A stretch of DNA of 64,000 bases, filler included, from Diploschistes diacapsis (GCA_023645945.1; 12 parts of 12 records of this genome joined end to end with filler, not necessarily neighbours in it), one strand, 5' to 3'; positions 47,309 through 61,587 are shown, counted from the whole stretch's first letter. Made by a program: numbers and translations. Notes: generated by a model from the sequence alone, not told the origin.

Positions 47309-49211
47309 TGAGTTGTTGGTTGAGCAGCACCTAGATGTTCACATATGGAGATGGGCGAGCATGAACGCTGCGCAAGTGTGAAGGGCCGGTTTAGAAAATG
47401 GAAAAAACTGCACGGTGTGAGAACTGTGTACTGTGTGTGTTGTGTAGTACGCGCCAAAGTCGCGTAAATTGAGATCAGCTGCGTCATCACGTGGCGATTA
47501 GTAAGCTGGGTTTCTGAAGCTGCCTTCATCTATGGCACAAGAAGACTGAGTGACTCTATATCTATGCACATGGCAATCTATGTGGGCGTCTCTAAATGGT
47601 CGCCTGTGCGCGCGCCTTTTGGATTATCAAGCTTACTGGGCTGTATTTGGGACGGATGAGAAGTAATTGTTTCTAGAGGACAAGGCATTAATCACGACGT
47701 TGCAGACACGATCTGACGCTTTGAGACGTGTAAGCATCTATGATGACTACCGTGATAGCATCTGAGGCACAATATACTGAGACACCATGGACTCCCAATA
47801 AGGTCAAGGATTGGTGAGCTTTCATGAACTTGTAAGGCTTGCGAGTCAGCACAGGCAACCGTCCATGCCTATGCAGCCTTTTTCAAATCGCGATGATCCT
47901 TCAAAGCCAGACAGATAGTAGCCATATCGCGAAGCCTCGGACTAGCGCGGGTCCCTTTGACAACCATGGGTGGGAAGTCAGAACACAAAGGAGGCACCCT
48001 CGCGACTCATTGCCCTGGGATCATGAACCTTGGCCAGCAACCCTTGCAATTTGTTGTAAGGTATGAAGGTAGCTGAACATATCATAGTACGTAATCGAGG
48101 GTATGATGGGAGTGATAAAGCAACTATAGACGTGGGCCACCGAAGCTGGATTCTGGATACCTATAAGTGCATTCGATAACGATCTCAAGGCTTAATGCGC
48201 GGATTCGCATGGTTCCTGTGAGGGGCGTCATTGAGGCCTTCTTCGAATGTTCTTCGGGGAGCGGTGGAGGGTTTGCTTGATAGACTCCTAGAGAGGCTCA
48301 TGGTTAGTCCAGCGCATGCTTGAGCAATGACTTATCAACTGTTTTAAACCGGTTGCCGACGTCGAAAGCATTCGTAGAAGTAAAATATGCCGTCGTGTTG
48401 CCAGTAAGGTAGAGAACATCTGAGACGACGACGGAGCTGTGGCTGCTTTAAGGAAAATGGGTGTGGTGTGGCGTAGCTTGGCTAGTGTGGCTTTACGTTT
48501 TTGACAAATTGTGTACAAAATACAAAAGCTATTAAGGGAATCTACGCTAAACCCAAAGTTGCAGTTAGTTGTTAGTTGTTATGCAAAGTGACTGGTCTTG
48601 GCATTCTAACCGCCCAGGACGCCCCAAAATAGAGCACTCAATTCGCTAGAATAGCCCTTTAACGACCCGTTAACGCTTACCAATCACCCCGCTAACCCTG
48701 CTAGGCTTCGCGCTAACCCAGTGCTTCCCTCAACCTCGTCTGTTCACCATCTTCCTACTGGACAAAAGGGTCTCAATGGAACAGGGTGTCAGTGGCTGCA
48801 AGACATGCCATCCTCCTGCTACTACTGTGCTCTGGAACTTGTCTGCAACTCGATATAGACTCCCCGCCATGGCTGCTTCCATGCCAATCACTTGTGCTCT
48901 CCGCAAGCACAGCAGAGGTTCCGGCACATGCCTACTGTTGGGAGCAACCGTCTTCCTCTGCACGAAGCCAGAGTACATGTGTTTCCATCTACCCCATCAT
49001 AACTGAAAGTCATTGACCTTGAGCTCTGAGCTCTCTAGCTCTGCCAGGCCTGCCATCGTTGAGCCATGAGCCATGAGTCTATGAATTAAATTAGCGGGGA
49101 CCACGCGTTTCACTGTCAATCCCCCCCGATTGCCGTTTTTGCATGCAGCGTCAATGCATTGATACCGTCTTGTGGTACCAACAGCCTGCTGCGTGCTACC
49201 GAGCCTCCTAG

Positions 49212-50249
49212 ATGGATTCATATCATCAATATCCGCATGTTCCACAGTCCCAGAATGGCCATCCGGTACTGTCTCCTCTCCGCCGGCAACATGCGGTTCA
49301 GCCTCCGACGCTCCTGACATCGTCTCCCAACAACGCTCGTGGCCACGGACATGGTCTGGGCTTGTCTGGTGGGCAAACACCGTTGTCGACAACCTCCCTT
49401 AGTAGTCCCTTCTCTCATCAGGCTTCGTCGCCATATCAGGTTTCGCCAGCCGGCGGTACACCTGCGATGCCTGCTTCCAGCTCTGCAGTCTATGCCGCGC
49501 CTTACAATCCTCGGCAGTGGGGAAGAATAGCTGGCGACGGTATGGCCGACGTTGGTCCCACGGCGACATTGTCGCCACTGCATGCAAGGCAGTCATCCGG
49601 AAATATGCAGTATGCGCCTCGGCCGAGAGGTCCAGATGGTGATGCGAGGAGTCCCTCCAAAGCGGTTCTTCAGCTCACAGGTGAAACAGAACTTATAGCA
49701 TCCCCTCCTCCGCCGTACACTGCTGACCCCGCACATCCCTCGCCTGCGGACACGACGTCTCCCGCCACCGACTTTTCTCACGGTACGACCCCCAGCAGCG
49801 CTTCGACTGCATTCTCCCCTTACGTCGCTCTCGCGCCAAACGAGCACTGGTCTTCGAACCCTGCATACGCCCGGTCGGGGTCTCCAGCAGTCGCCCAAGC
49901 AGCGTTTCCGCCTCCTCCAGGGCCGTCTAACCGAACACGATCCTCTTCCAGGAACCCCACCGAAAGAATTCTAGCTGCAATGAATCTGCGATCGCGAAAC
50001 AGCGCGGCTCCACCACAAAACGCCATCGAGATGTTGCAGTACGATACTGCACATGCTCTGGAGCGGACGGTACGATCCTATGCCGAGCCAGTAGCTCCAC
50101 CTGCCGCCCGAAGGGCAGTGTCGACAGGAGCCCTCGGCGGCGGCGTATCTACGATGCGCACAATGCATGAGAGGCCAGTCCTGACGGAGCGAGGCTTCGC
50201 TCTGCCACCTCCACCTCCACCCCCAGGCCCGCCGCCACCACCACCACCA
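49212..50249 (+). CDS. Pro/Ser-rich N-terminus of a large protein, possibly a Rho GEF; truncated
   Basis: Motifs QTPLSTTSLSSPFS, YNPRQWG, SPPPPY, PPAARRAVS and a poly-Pro run, recalled from fungal RhoGEF N-termini. No DH domain in the contig. Confidence 0.55.
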
Positions 50250-50378
50250 NNNNNNNNNNNNNNNNNNNNNNNNNNNNNNNNNNNNNNNNNNNNTTAATTA
50301 ATTAANNNNNNNNNNNNNNNNNNNNNNNNNNNNNNNNNNNNNNNNNNNNTATACTAAATAATTCCGTCTGTAGAGGAA

Positions 50379-50817
50379 TATTAAATAGATAGATAAATTG
50401 TATGGCTAGAAATTCGACTAAATTTCAAGATAAGGTTCAGTTCAGTTAAACCTTTTGAGATTCTGATTAAACCGATTTGGGAATAATAAGTAATAAGGCT
50501 TAGCGGATCCCGTAGGGTATACAAGTCTGCACAGTAGGATATTTTCATAAATTAGACCTCTAGACTTCAATATATTCATTACGTTGCCAAACAATTCCCT
50601 TTATTATCAACAATACCATTACTGAGTAATAGTCAGCTAAACAGGCTAAATAGGCTAGGAATTATTTCTAGTTAGGATTAGCTCGGAATATATCTTAGCC
50701 ACTTGTCATTTTATTAGGAAATTTCCACCATATCCAACACCTGTTTCGCCGGTTTGGCTAGTTTCGCGCACTGTACAGGTTTTTATGGTGTTTGGTCGGC
50801 AAAAACTTTTCGTGATG
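50379..50817. mobile_element. TE nest: short LTR, LTR fragment and DNA-element terminus
   Basis: The three pieces are homologous to 43163-43333, 40861-41000 and 41298-41370. Confidence 0.7.
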
Positions 50818-51209
50818 TTATAAGATCACAAAAATACTTTTAAACGAAACAGGACATAAAATTATTCTCGAAAATTATTTTTATATATTATAATAGATCT
50901 GGATATAGTCTGAAATAAAGCTTTAAATTCTGTATAAGAAAACTAGCTATCATTTCTGTAAAAAATGTGCCAAGACGCCAAGACAATTCTATTAACTTTT
51001 GCAACGTATCATTGATGAAAAGTTTTCCAATGGATGAACCACTTTGAAATGGGATTTTTGGTCCTCAAGTTGTGGTTCATGTCTGTCGAAAGATTATCAC
51101 TCTAGCCTGGTAATGTCTTGCTATATTAGTGCCTTCCCTGCCGGTCGTTGAGGTTCCAAGGAATCCTACACTGATACTTCAACGCTTAATCCTAGCTTAC
51201 GCTCGATCG

Positions 51210-53217
51210 ATGTTTCAATTGCTTTCAAAGCTCAAGGCAAACTCCCCTACACCCAGCGTTCCCGACGAAAATACCAAAAGTGAACGTAACCGATCCTCTT
51301 CGCAAAGGTCAGCTTCCAAATCCTTACGCAAGGGGAAAGGAAGATCAACATTCCCTCGACGTCCTGGTTACACCTCAAAAACTTCCCAACTAAGAATGAA
51401 AGGCTCCGAACACACGGAATCTGACGTACACCCTTTGAATCTACCACCTGACGAGCGTGAGCGACATCGACCAGCGTTCGCCAACATGGCTGGTAATTTC
51501 GAGTCAATGGAAGGAGATCAATCTATCAGAGAAAAGCCGCCTCCACTATCCTTCACTCATGCGCTTGGTTCGTTTGCCAAGAATGCCAGTCCACCACATC
51601 CGGACTCTTCAAATGGTCTGGTAGGTCCTATGCCACCGCCTCATAAATCGCCTCCTCAGTCTCCACTTAACCAGCCGGCTTGCACGGATGCAGAGGCATA
51701 CAAGGCAGCTGGCAATAAGTTCTTTAAAGCTGGAGATTTCAAGAAAGCGGTTGCCGAATATGGTCGAGCCGTCGATGCTGATGCGACCAACCCCACGTAC
51801 TTGTCTAATCGATCAGCTGCTTACATGTCGATGAACCTATACGAGAAAGCGCTTGAGGACGTCAAGCAAGCAGATAATCTAGGTCCAGGAAACTCGAAGG
51901 TCCTGTTCCGCCTAGCCCGCATATATACGGCTCTAGGCAGACCCCTGGAGGCTTTGGCAGTCTACGCACTGATACAACCCCCTGTGGCGGCAAAAGACCG
52001 ATTGCCGGCGGTCTCGATGCACAATCACATTGAACAAGCTGAAGTTGGTTTGCGAGAGGGCACTTCAGGATCAATGATCATCCACGCCCTAGATCAAGCG
52101 GAGAAAGGTCTGGGAGCCAAGGTCGAAAAGCCTCGGAAATGGAGACTTATGCGGGGAGAAGCCTATCTTAGAATGGGGAACGTGAACGCTTTTGGTGATG
52201 CTCAAAATGTGGCGATGTCCCTGCTGAGGTCGAATAGCCATGATCCTGATGCCCTCGTTCTGAGAGGCAGAATACTTTATGCACAAGGTGAGAATGAAAA
52301 AGCCATACAGCACTTTCGGCAGGCTCTAAGCTGTGACCCGGACTTCAAAGCAGCGGTTCGGTATTTACGCACAGTCCAAAAGCTTGACAAAACCAAAGAA
52401 GAGGGAAATACTGCTTTCAGAGCCGGACGATATACTGAGGCTGTACGGCTCTATGGTGCCGCTCTAGAAGTCGATCCTGCAAACAAGGGCACGAATTCAA
52501 AGATTCTCCAAAACCGCGCTTTAGCTTTGATGAAGGTATGCTGTTTTTGAAACCCATGTGAAAACCCACTCACCACTCGATTTATAGCTTAAGGACTATG
52601 GATCCGCCATTGAAGATTGTGCCCAAGCGCTGTACCTTGATCCATCCTATATTAAAGCACGCAAAACCAAGGCACGCGCCCTGGGCGACTCAGGAAATTG
52701 GGAGGAAGCTCTACGCGAATATAAGACTATTGCTGAGAGTCATCCGGCAGAGCCAGGCATTACTAAGGATGTGCGAAATGCCGAGCTCGAATTAAAGAAA
52801 TCGAAACGGAAGGATTATTACAGGATTTTAGGTATCGAAAAGGATGCTGGTGAGAACGAGATCAAGAAAGCGTATCGGAAACTTGCCATAGCTCTTCATC
52901 CGGACAAGAACCCCGGTGACACAGAAGCTGAACATAGATTTAAAGAACTCGGAGAAGCTTACGAAACCATGAGTGATCCGCAAAAGAAAGCCAGATATGA
53001 TACTGGGGAAGATCTCATTGACCATGGTGAGATGTTTGGGACGGCAGGCATGGGAGGCTTTGGAGGAGGTGTGATCGACCCGGAGATGCTCTTCAACATG
53101 ATGGGAGGCATGGGAGGTGGGAGAGGCGGTCCATCCTTCACATTCTCCACTGGCGGAAGTGCATTTGGCAGTGGTGCGAGACAAAAAGGTGGCTTCCCAG
53201 GCAGTTTTGGATTCTAA
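51210..53217 (+). CDS. TPR + DnaJ co-chaperone (DNAJC7-like)
   Basis: TPRs [23 protein letters not shown] and [11 protein letters not shown]; intron 52537-52587; J domain [16 protein letters not shown]-rich tail. Confidence 0.93.
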
Positions 53218-53803
53218 GAATGCTAAGAACGCGGGTGACAGGGTTTTGAGGCTTGAATCATGGGAAGGGAAGGTGTACGTAGTTTCACTTCCCAGAATTA
53301 GCAGCATGCATAGCGCTGGTGTTTGAGCAGTAAGGAACCGAGGCATTGCGAGGCGCATGATACTGGGAGGGCCAATGCAAAGGTAGCACTTTTATAGAAA
53401 GCGCCTTTTAGGCGGCTGATTTAGGCAAAGGTGTTGGTAGAAAGTAGCTTTTTTATATTACAATCGTTAAGATTGCCTTGCCCGCCTTGGTGTTTATAGA
53501 TAAAAGCTGAACAGAACCTGAAGAGGGTTGAGCATAGCGCACTTTGACAAGGTCAATGGCTGAAAATGCTGCAAACGGAGCTGAAAATGATTTGATTATT
53601 AAGAAATCAGGGTTGATTATTCAGTCCTTGACGCGTACCTAAAATTATTAATCGTTTATATATTAAATTGGAGTGCCGTTAAAGTATACGAATTCTTATA
53701 ACTNNNNNNNNNNNNNNNNNNNNNNNNNNNNNNNNNNNNNNNNNNNNTTAATTAATTAANNNNNNNNNNNNNNNNNNNNNNNNNNNNNNNNNNNNNNNNN
53801 NNN

Positions 53804-53874
<71 letters not shown>
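53804..53874. repeat. (TAA)n microsatellite at contig end
   Basis: About 24 perfect units. Confidence 0.95.
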
Positions 53875-53877
<3 letters not shown>

Positions 53878-54580
53878 GAACATATTGGTAGGAAGCTACC
53901 CCACAATCTGGGGCTGCCAAGGGTGAGGGGAATATAACATCAACTTCAACGGGGGTACTTTGACTTTGGCGTGCCGATGCTGCGAAAGCAGATGTACTAC
54001 TACTAGCTGCCACAATAAACCCCGCACCACTGCCGCCGACTTGATAAGTAACCCTGTTCTCATGCGACAACCCAATCGCTTGATTGCACGACGGGGATAC
54101 GGAGCACGTTCATGTGCTTGCGCTGCTTCCTGCCTTCTGCTCTGGACAAGGGGAAACATGCTGCTTCCGTATCTTCCCTCCCCCTTCCCCACATACACAT
54201 ACAGACTGAGAGAGCTTCCATTCAGGCGCCACACAGCTTGCTTCGCGGGCCTGCCCGACAACATTCCAACGTACTAGATCGTTCTGCTCTCTGCCTCAGA
54301 TAATTTGACCAGCCACCAGTTCGAAGTAGAACTGACTCCATCTTGCCATCGAAGGCTTGTCGCTTGTTCTTAGGGAGGAGTAGCCCTACCCCAGAACTGG
54401 GCTGGGACTGTGTGTATAACTCCTTTCAAGGCCAGCGCTAGGCTTCTGGAAGGAAATAGCGGCATGAATGGTAGGGACTAACGAACCAGTAGATCAAACC
54501 AGTTTTGACACTTCTTCCCAAGATCTCGAGCAGGATTACCCTTTAGCACATTTGCAAGACTCTCAATCCTCACTGCCAAC

Positions 54581-55612
54581 ATGTCGCGCTCCTCCACAAC
54601 TGCTCAAGCAGTCGAAGCCACCAAGTCTGCCGGACAAGAGGTGAAGGCAACTTCCTCGACCATCCTCCACCACCCGTACACGCGTGTTGCCCTACCGTTT
54701 ATCAATGGTGGGCTAGCAGGAATGATGGCAACTGCAGTCATCCAGCCGGTCGACATGATCAAGGTGCGACTTCAGTTGGCAGGAGAAGGTCTTTCGACAG
54801 GGCCAAGATCATCGGCATTCACCATTACCAAGGATATTGTAGCATCAGGGAGGGCTCTGGATCTATATACGGGGCTCTCGGCTGGCCTTCTCAGGCAAGC
54901 TGTGTACACCACCGCGAGACTTGGCTTCTTTGATACCTTCATGGGCATGGCCAAATCAAGAGCCGAAGCCGCAGGCAAAGCACCCGGCTTCTCAGAGCGC
55001 GCCTTTTCTGGGCTTAGCGCCGGTGGTCTAGCCGCCATGCTAGGAAACCCCGCGGATCTTGCATTGATTCGAATGCAGAGCGACGGTCTTAAGCCAAAAG
55101 ACATGCGTGCAAACTATAGGTCGGTGCTCGATGCACTCGTCCGAATATCCAAGGCCGAAGGAATCACAGCCCTGTGGGCAGGCTGCGTACCAACCGTGGC
55201 ACGGGCGATGGCTCTAAACTTTGGCCAACTGGCATTCTTCTCGGAAGCGAAATCGCAACTGAAAACGAAGACGACTTGGTCGCCCCAAGTACAGACCTTG
55301 ACTGCCAGCGCCATAGCAGGTTTTTTCGCGTCGTTCTTCAGCCTACCGTTTGACTTCATTAAGACAAGGCTGCAGAAGCAGACGCGAGCTCCTGACGGCA
55401 CCCTTCCATATAAAGGCGTTCTACATTGCGCTCAAAAGGTTGTAAGAGAAGAAGGCTGGCTCAGATTCTATCGAGGCTTCACCACTTACTATGTCCGGAT
55501 TGCACCGCATGCGTAAGTCTGATGGCCAACAGTCAGCGAAGAGATTCTAACTTCTTACCTTAGTATGATAACATTGATAGCCGCAGACTTCTTAGGGTTC
55601 CTTACAAAATAG
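54581..55612 (+). CDS. Mitochondrial 2-oxoglutarate/malate (dicarboxylate) carrier, SLC25A11-like
   Basis: Three PxDxxK/RxR motifs, GLSAGLLRQAVYTTARLG, YYVRIAPH; intron 55513-55563. Confidence 0.9.
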
Positions 55613-56127
55613 GTTGCGGACAAGAGCATGGTCTCAATGGAACTTTTTGCTACAGGCTTTCGTACTTTTCTTCTGTGCAAGGGTATTTCCCAGAATTGGA
55701 GCACCCATCGGTTCGGCAAACCGTTCTAGTTGAACATGTACTTCTCAGACAGACCTTGAGCGTTGAAGATGGCATAGACTATGAAGTCTAGTCTTTGCTA
55801 TTGGTCGGCAGGAAGACTGCTGTGTGAAAGAGAAGGAGAAAGACATTAGGCGAATAGATTTTTGGGTGTGAGTAAGGTCGCCAGTCAAGAGCACGTAGGT
55901 TTCAAATCCTCCTAGTGTGGTTTCACTACGGAGTTTAAGCCCTAAGTCCGAAAAGGTTTGGCAGAATACTTTTTATTTATAAATCTGTAGCTAGACAATT
56001 TAAACACACTATACAATCGAATCACATATGGTAGCAACGAAAAGATAACTCACCTAAAAAAATTCTAACCTCGGCCAGACTCTAAAGGTTGAGTTTTAAA
56101 AAAAATTAATCTTCTTTCGATCGAAAC

Positions 56128-56631
56128 TGTAACAGATAGCTGTGACAGTCCTCCGGGCGAGCGGAGGAACTCAGCCCTGTTACGATCCAAGTAACTAGGT
56201 GGTAGTCCACTTGGCACTTCACAGCTGATCGGGCCTAACCCAACCACTCCTTATATATAATCCAATCATAATGACACTAATCACGTGATAAATAAAAAGC
56301 CTTAAAGGCTATTTTACCCTCTATAAATAAAACGGGAGAACGATAATTTTATTTATCTATTAATTTATTCCGCTAGAGAGCAGTTGGTTATATAAAAACG
56401 CGTTATAACTTCTATAAATCGGGGTATGTTCATCTTTATAAACATCTTTAACGATTACTCGAAAGCAATCTATATTCGTTTACCTTTATTATCAGATAAT
56501 AATCTTTTTAGAAATCAGAATAAACCTATTACCGATCTTCTTCTTCTCCTTCCATACTTTTCTTCTACCAGAGACCAAACCCACCTTAATCAATACCTCG
56601 TGTCTACGTTATAGAAATAGAGATCATAACA
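56128..56631 (+). mobile_element. 454-bp LTR (56178-56631) inserted 50 bp into the start of a second LTR family (56128-56177)
   Basis: TGTTACGATC..GATCATAACA termini; the host matches the reverse complement of 46132-46181. Confidence 0.85.
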
Positions 56632-57256
56632 ATAGGATTAATAAAAATCGTAATTTCGTGTAGGTTCTGGAGCTTTTTAGGTCCTATATGAGTTATGCGT
56701 GCGTGTCATAGCTGATAACTGTTTTTATTAGACTGAACTTTTAAGTTTAGTTTAGGATTAGGTTGAACCGGGTTTAGTTTAGTTGGTTTAGATTTAATTA
56801 TTGGATACGTAGTTGCCTTATACGTATGTTCTTCTTTTATAACTTTATTTGAGTAATAGATTTCATTCTTTTTCTTGTATATAAGAATGATCCGACCGTT
56901 TTCGTTATATAAATACAAGTTCTTTTGATCAAAACTCTTCCGTAATCTTATTTTACATAACTTTTATTTCGATATGAGGTTTGTTTTCAGTCCAAATATA
57001 TACATCATATATCTTAAATATAGAACGTTATTGCCTTGTTTTAACTTAATTTTCCTAATATAATCTAAATAGAGCATTTTTTCCCCGATTTTGATTCGTC
57101 GTTTTCGAATAGGAATTAGACTTTTATGTAAATGTAATTAATTAATTATATATGATNNNNNNNNNNNNNNNNNNNNNNNNNNNNNNNNNNNNNNNNNNNN
57201 TTAATTAATTAANNNNNNNNNNNNNNNNNNNNNNNNNNNNNNNNNNNNNNNNNNNN

Positions 57257-58048
57257 TTATATAATTAAGAAAACTCGTTACTCAATACTCGCTAGTTATC
57301 GTCGAGTAATTATTAATTTAGCGCTCGTTACTCGATACTCGCCAGCTGTCGTTGAGCAGCTGTCGGTTACGTGACCGGTGTCATCTGAACTGAATTATAT
57401 ATATACTAGTGGTCTTGGGATGTGACGAGCTCGGAACCTCGGATCGTAACACTGGGTATAGTATTAATATTAGTGGCATTTTTATAATGTGTGTGACAGC
57501 TATTAATGTAATATGGCCTGAAGCTGCCACGTGTTAACGACTACAAATAAGTTCTCATATGTTCTTTTATATTTAGTAACTTATTGAGACAGCCCAGCCC
57601 AGGGGCCTGCCAAGCCACGGCAGGGTCAATGCCCAGGTGCTTGCCAAGACACGGTAGGGTCAGGGGGTGGCTGTGTAGACGGGTAGTCCCCGAACCCCGA
57701 TAGGTCTGGCACCCACACTATTTAACGGTGCCTTCCTTCCACCTAGATAGTTTCTTCTTCAGCTTTTCGAATCGAGACCTTTTACCTGCAGATGCCCAGC
57801 TACACGTAATCCTTCCGGATCAGGCTCAGCCCCCGGTAGTGTAGTATCCCATTCCTGCGCTGGCGTTTCACCTATAGATAGTTAGTCTATCTTATTATTT
57901 TTATTATAGCTTTTTTTATAGATAAGAAGATTTGTTTGTATTATAATTCGTATTGCGTTCGGTCGAGCTCTCTCCTCTATAAGATTCCCAGATCTTGATC
58001 AATACCTCCAGGCTACCTAGTTGAAATAGACATCATAATATCCCAACA
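57257..58048. mobile_element. LTR relics
   Basis: GGATCGTAACA end at ~57451; 32-bp near-direct repeat at 57597/57631; the 3' end GATCAATACCTC..TAGACATCATAATA resembles 56589-56631. Confidence 0.55.
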
Positions 58049-58385
58049 GGCTAGCATTTATTTCTGTATTTATCTTAGTCTTTGTTTCCTATTTAGGGGT
58101 CCCAACTTCCACCTTGTAATATCTGTCATGTTTTATACTTAACCATTCTTTTTACAGCTATTTTACTTCGACAGTGGATAATCGGCTCTTACGCTAAGAA
58201 TGCCAAGCTAACTCTATTAACTGCAACGTACTGGGACACGGGAACTTGTTATGACACGTGTTTTGTTAACCGCAACTTGAGAAGTATTATAAGAGAAGAA
58301 CTTACATGATGTGATTTCTCAATCTATTGTTTTGTAACGTTAGGGGCTACAAAATTCTGCTCCTGGTTACAGACTACATCTTAGA

Positions 58386-59658
58386 ATGCTTTGGCATCTC
58401 TGGACCTTAGTGGCTTTGGTTCCGCTGATTCTTTGTGTGGAAGATTTCTATAAACTACTGGGTATCAAGAAATCTGCGCCCGATAAGGACATCAAAAAGG
58501 CCTATAGAACTCTTAGTAAGAAATTCCACCCTGACAAAAACTCGTAAGCATTGGACACCTGTATCAACGGCGATCTTCTGACAAACTATCAGGGGAGACC
58601 ATGGAGCACATCAGAAGTTTGTGGCAATTGCAGAGGCATATGAAGCACTCTCCAACAGTCAGACACGCCGAATCTACGACCAATATGGCCACGAGGGACT
58701 TTCGCAGCATAATCATGGCGGAGGTCAGCGGGCTCACGATCCTTTCGATCTCTTCTCACGCTTCTTCGGGGGCGGTGGCCATTTCGGTGGCGGAGGGCAA
58801 CGAAGAGGGCCGGACATGGAGGTTCGTGTAAGTGTCCCACTGCGAGACTTCTACAACGGTAAAGAACATGAATTCTCCGTCGAGAAACAACAAATATGTG
58901 AAGAGTGTGAAGGGACCGGTAGCGCCGACGGTGACGTGGCAGTTTGCTCACAATGTGGAGGTCATGGAATGGTGGTTCAGAAGCATATGCTTGCCCCCGG
59001 CATCTTCCAACAGCTACAGACGGGATGCGACAAGTGTGGTGGCCAGGGCAAGACGATCAAGAAACCCTGCAATGTGTGCGGTGGCTCCCGTGTGGTGAGA
59101 AGATTGTCCTCCTATACTCTTACCGTGGAGAAAGGGATATCCAGAGGAGCTCGGATAACTTATGAAAACGAGGCCGATGCCAGTCCTGACCATGTGGCCG
59201 GCGATTTAATCGTACAGCTCGAAGAACTTGATGCAACTATCGGGGTATCCGATGAAGAACGAGTTGACGGCAGCTTTTTCCGAAGAAAAGGCAATGAACT
59301 TTTCTGGAAAGAGGTTCTCAGTCTTCGAGAAGCTTGGATGGGAGATTGGACCAGGAACTTGACTCATTTGGACGGTCATTCTGTCCAGCTCCATCGAGAA
59401 AAGGGGATTGTAACCCAGCCCAACACCGTGGATATCATCGAAGGTGAAGGTATGCCATTGATCTTTGAGGATCAAGAGCGTAGTGGCCGTGGATTCGGGG
59501 ATTTGCATGTGGAATTTGTTGTGGTGCTCCCAGACCAGATGGACAAATCGATGGAAAAGGATTTCTGGGCTGTATGGGAGAAGTGGCGGAAAAGAAAAGC
59601 GGTAGATTTGCGCAATGATAATGGGAGACCACACAGCATAGATCGAGATGAGCTTTGA
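58386..59658 (+). CDS. SCJ1: ER-lumenal type I DnaJ (Scj1)
   Basis: Signal peptide, [13 protein letters not shown], one intron, four CxxCxGxG-type repeats, C-terminal RDEL. Confidence 0.92.
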
Positions 59659-60124
59659 AGTTTTTATAGAATAACAAACTATAGACTGCACGTTTCTGGT
59701 ATTAAAATCGTCATTGTCTGCCAGGACAGACTATGGAGGTTCGAAACATTTCTTGCAATTTTGGTTCTTGGTTAGTAACCTGCGCGAGTTTCCTGTGATA
59801 GACTGCTCCTCCAACTAATGAACATCCATTTTATAACTCGGCCTTTTCCTCCAGACGACCTATCTTGAGACGATCTGAATATTTTGGTAGGACCGTCTCA
59901 CTGTGATACTGTGACAATAAGCTCTTGAAAAACAACGGGGTCTACAGCAATGAAATTTGGATTAAAAGACCACTGTTTGCTAATGTATGATTTCACCATA
60001 ATAACGGGGGGCAGTTATTCGGACCGAAATATTGACGGTCATAAATTTTATCGGTTGTTCACGTAGAGAAGCCACCTTTAATATAGAAATCTAGATTTAC
60101 TAGCAATTTATTTATAAATTAATA

Positions 60125-60606
60125 ACGTGTTTCACGGGGATTCCGGCCACCCCTAGATTCCGGTTACCTTAAATTACTACCGTCAACATTCTACGGTTTT
60201 TAGATATAATCTATTCGTCGTAATTAGAATCTATTCGATCTAAATTGAATCTATTTTCCTCCTTTTTATCTTTCTTGATTTCAAAACCGAGACGACGATT
60301 TTTACGCATTATAAATCGTTTTGAAATTATCCGACTCGATTTAACCTGAATTACTATTTTAAGAACTTCGTCTATATTAAACATAAAACGACCTGTTAAT
60401 TCGATTCGTTTAACGTATTTCACGGGGATGCCGGCCACCCCCACATTCCGGCCACCTCAAATCAAGATTTTTGTTTTATATTCGATCTTTCTTAATAATG
60501 ACTACGTCGCATGATAATAATTCGATTTTAATAGAATTTAATATCAACGACTGTTTATAGGCTTTAAAACTACAATAATATTTTAACATTCGAGAAACTA
60601 TCCGCG
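60125..60606 (+). mobile_element. Two pogo/Fot1-type 5' termini, RIP-eroded
   Basis: TA-ACGTRTTTCACGGGGATKCCGGCCACCCCC at 60125 and 60413. Confidence 0.7.
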
Positions 60607-60706
60607 NNNNNNNNNNNNNNNNNNNNNNNNNNNNNNNNNNNNNNNNNNNNTTAATTAATTAANNNNNNNNNNNNNNNNNNNNNNNNNNNNNNNNNNNNNN
60701 NNNNNN

Positions 60707-61587
60707 GCCCTAACCTCCTGCTCCGCCAACCGCTCACACATGTCCTCCGCCTCGCGGCACAGCACGTCGTACTCGCACCCCAGCACATACACCTTCTGCG
60801 GCAGGCTCGCCCTGTCCGCCCAGGCGGGCGCGAACAGCGGATCGCGCGCCAGCGGCAGGGCCTCGTCCCTGGTGGGCGTGGGCGGCGCATAGGCCCACTT
60901 GAACATGGGCATCATGTCGGCGAGGACGTCGGTGCGGTAGGGCGGCGGGGTGGCGGCGGCCAGCTTCTCGGCGGCGGGCTTGGCGGGGTCGGTGCTCGGG
61001 TAGTAGGCGACCACGGCGCCGATGCGGCGCCGGTGGCGGTCGTCCAGCAGCATGGGCGCCGCCAGCGCCAGGCTGCCGCCGGCCGAGAAGCCCGCCACCG
61101 CGACCGGCGCGCGGGCGTCCACGGGGAGCGACCCGTCGTCCAGCACGGCGCCCATGAGCTTCGCGCAGTCCTGCGCCGGCCCGGGGAACCGGTGCTCCGG
61201 CGCCTTGCCGTAGTTGATCCCCACCACCACCATCGACGAGCGCTGTGCGAAATACGCGTTGTCCGGGTCGTCCAGGAACGGGTGCCCGACGCAGAAGCCG
61301 CCGCCGTGGATGGTGATGAGGAGGGGGTAGAGCTTTTCGGAGCTGGGGTCCGAGGGAGAGGTGGTGGCGGAGGGGGGCACGAACACGTGGCAGACGAGAG
61401 AGGGCAGGATGGGGTAGTGTTTCGTGTAACTGGGTTTCTCGGTGACGGGGATGGAGGAGGGGCGGAGCATGCGGTAGCGGTACAAGAGGCCGAGGAAGGA
61501 TTTGGTGAGGAGGAGATTGAGGCGCCAACGGAGGATTTGGAAGAAGGAGGGAGGGGAAATGGGCGCGGAGGTGCTGTTGCTGGGCAT
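60707..61587 (-). CDS. HSL-family alpha/beta hydrolase (esterase/lipase), 3'-truncated
   Basis: IHGGGF, YGKAPEHRFP, GFSAGG nucleophile, CEYDVL. Confidence 0.9.

Noticed and set aside
47839..48518. Possible small spliced gene upstream of STN1
   Set aside because: A branch/acceptor signal is present, but no convincing reading frame.
46892..48720. Telomere module: STN1 with nearby GCTAACCC motifs (~48691, ~48712) linked to the candidate TER
   Set aside because: The candidate RNA is on a different contig. The motifs near 48.7 kb lack comparable structure and fit ordinary promoter telobox-like sites or chance.
51210..59658. Cluster of two DnaJ genes
   Set aside because: They lie on separate, artificially joined contigs.
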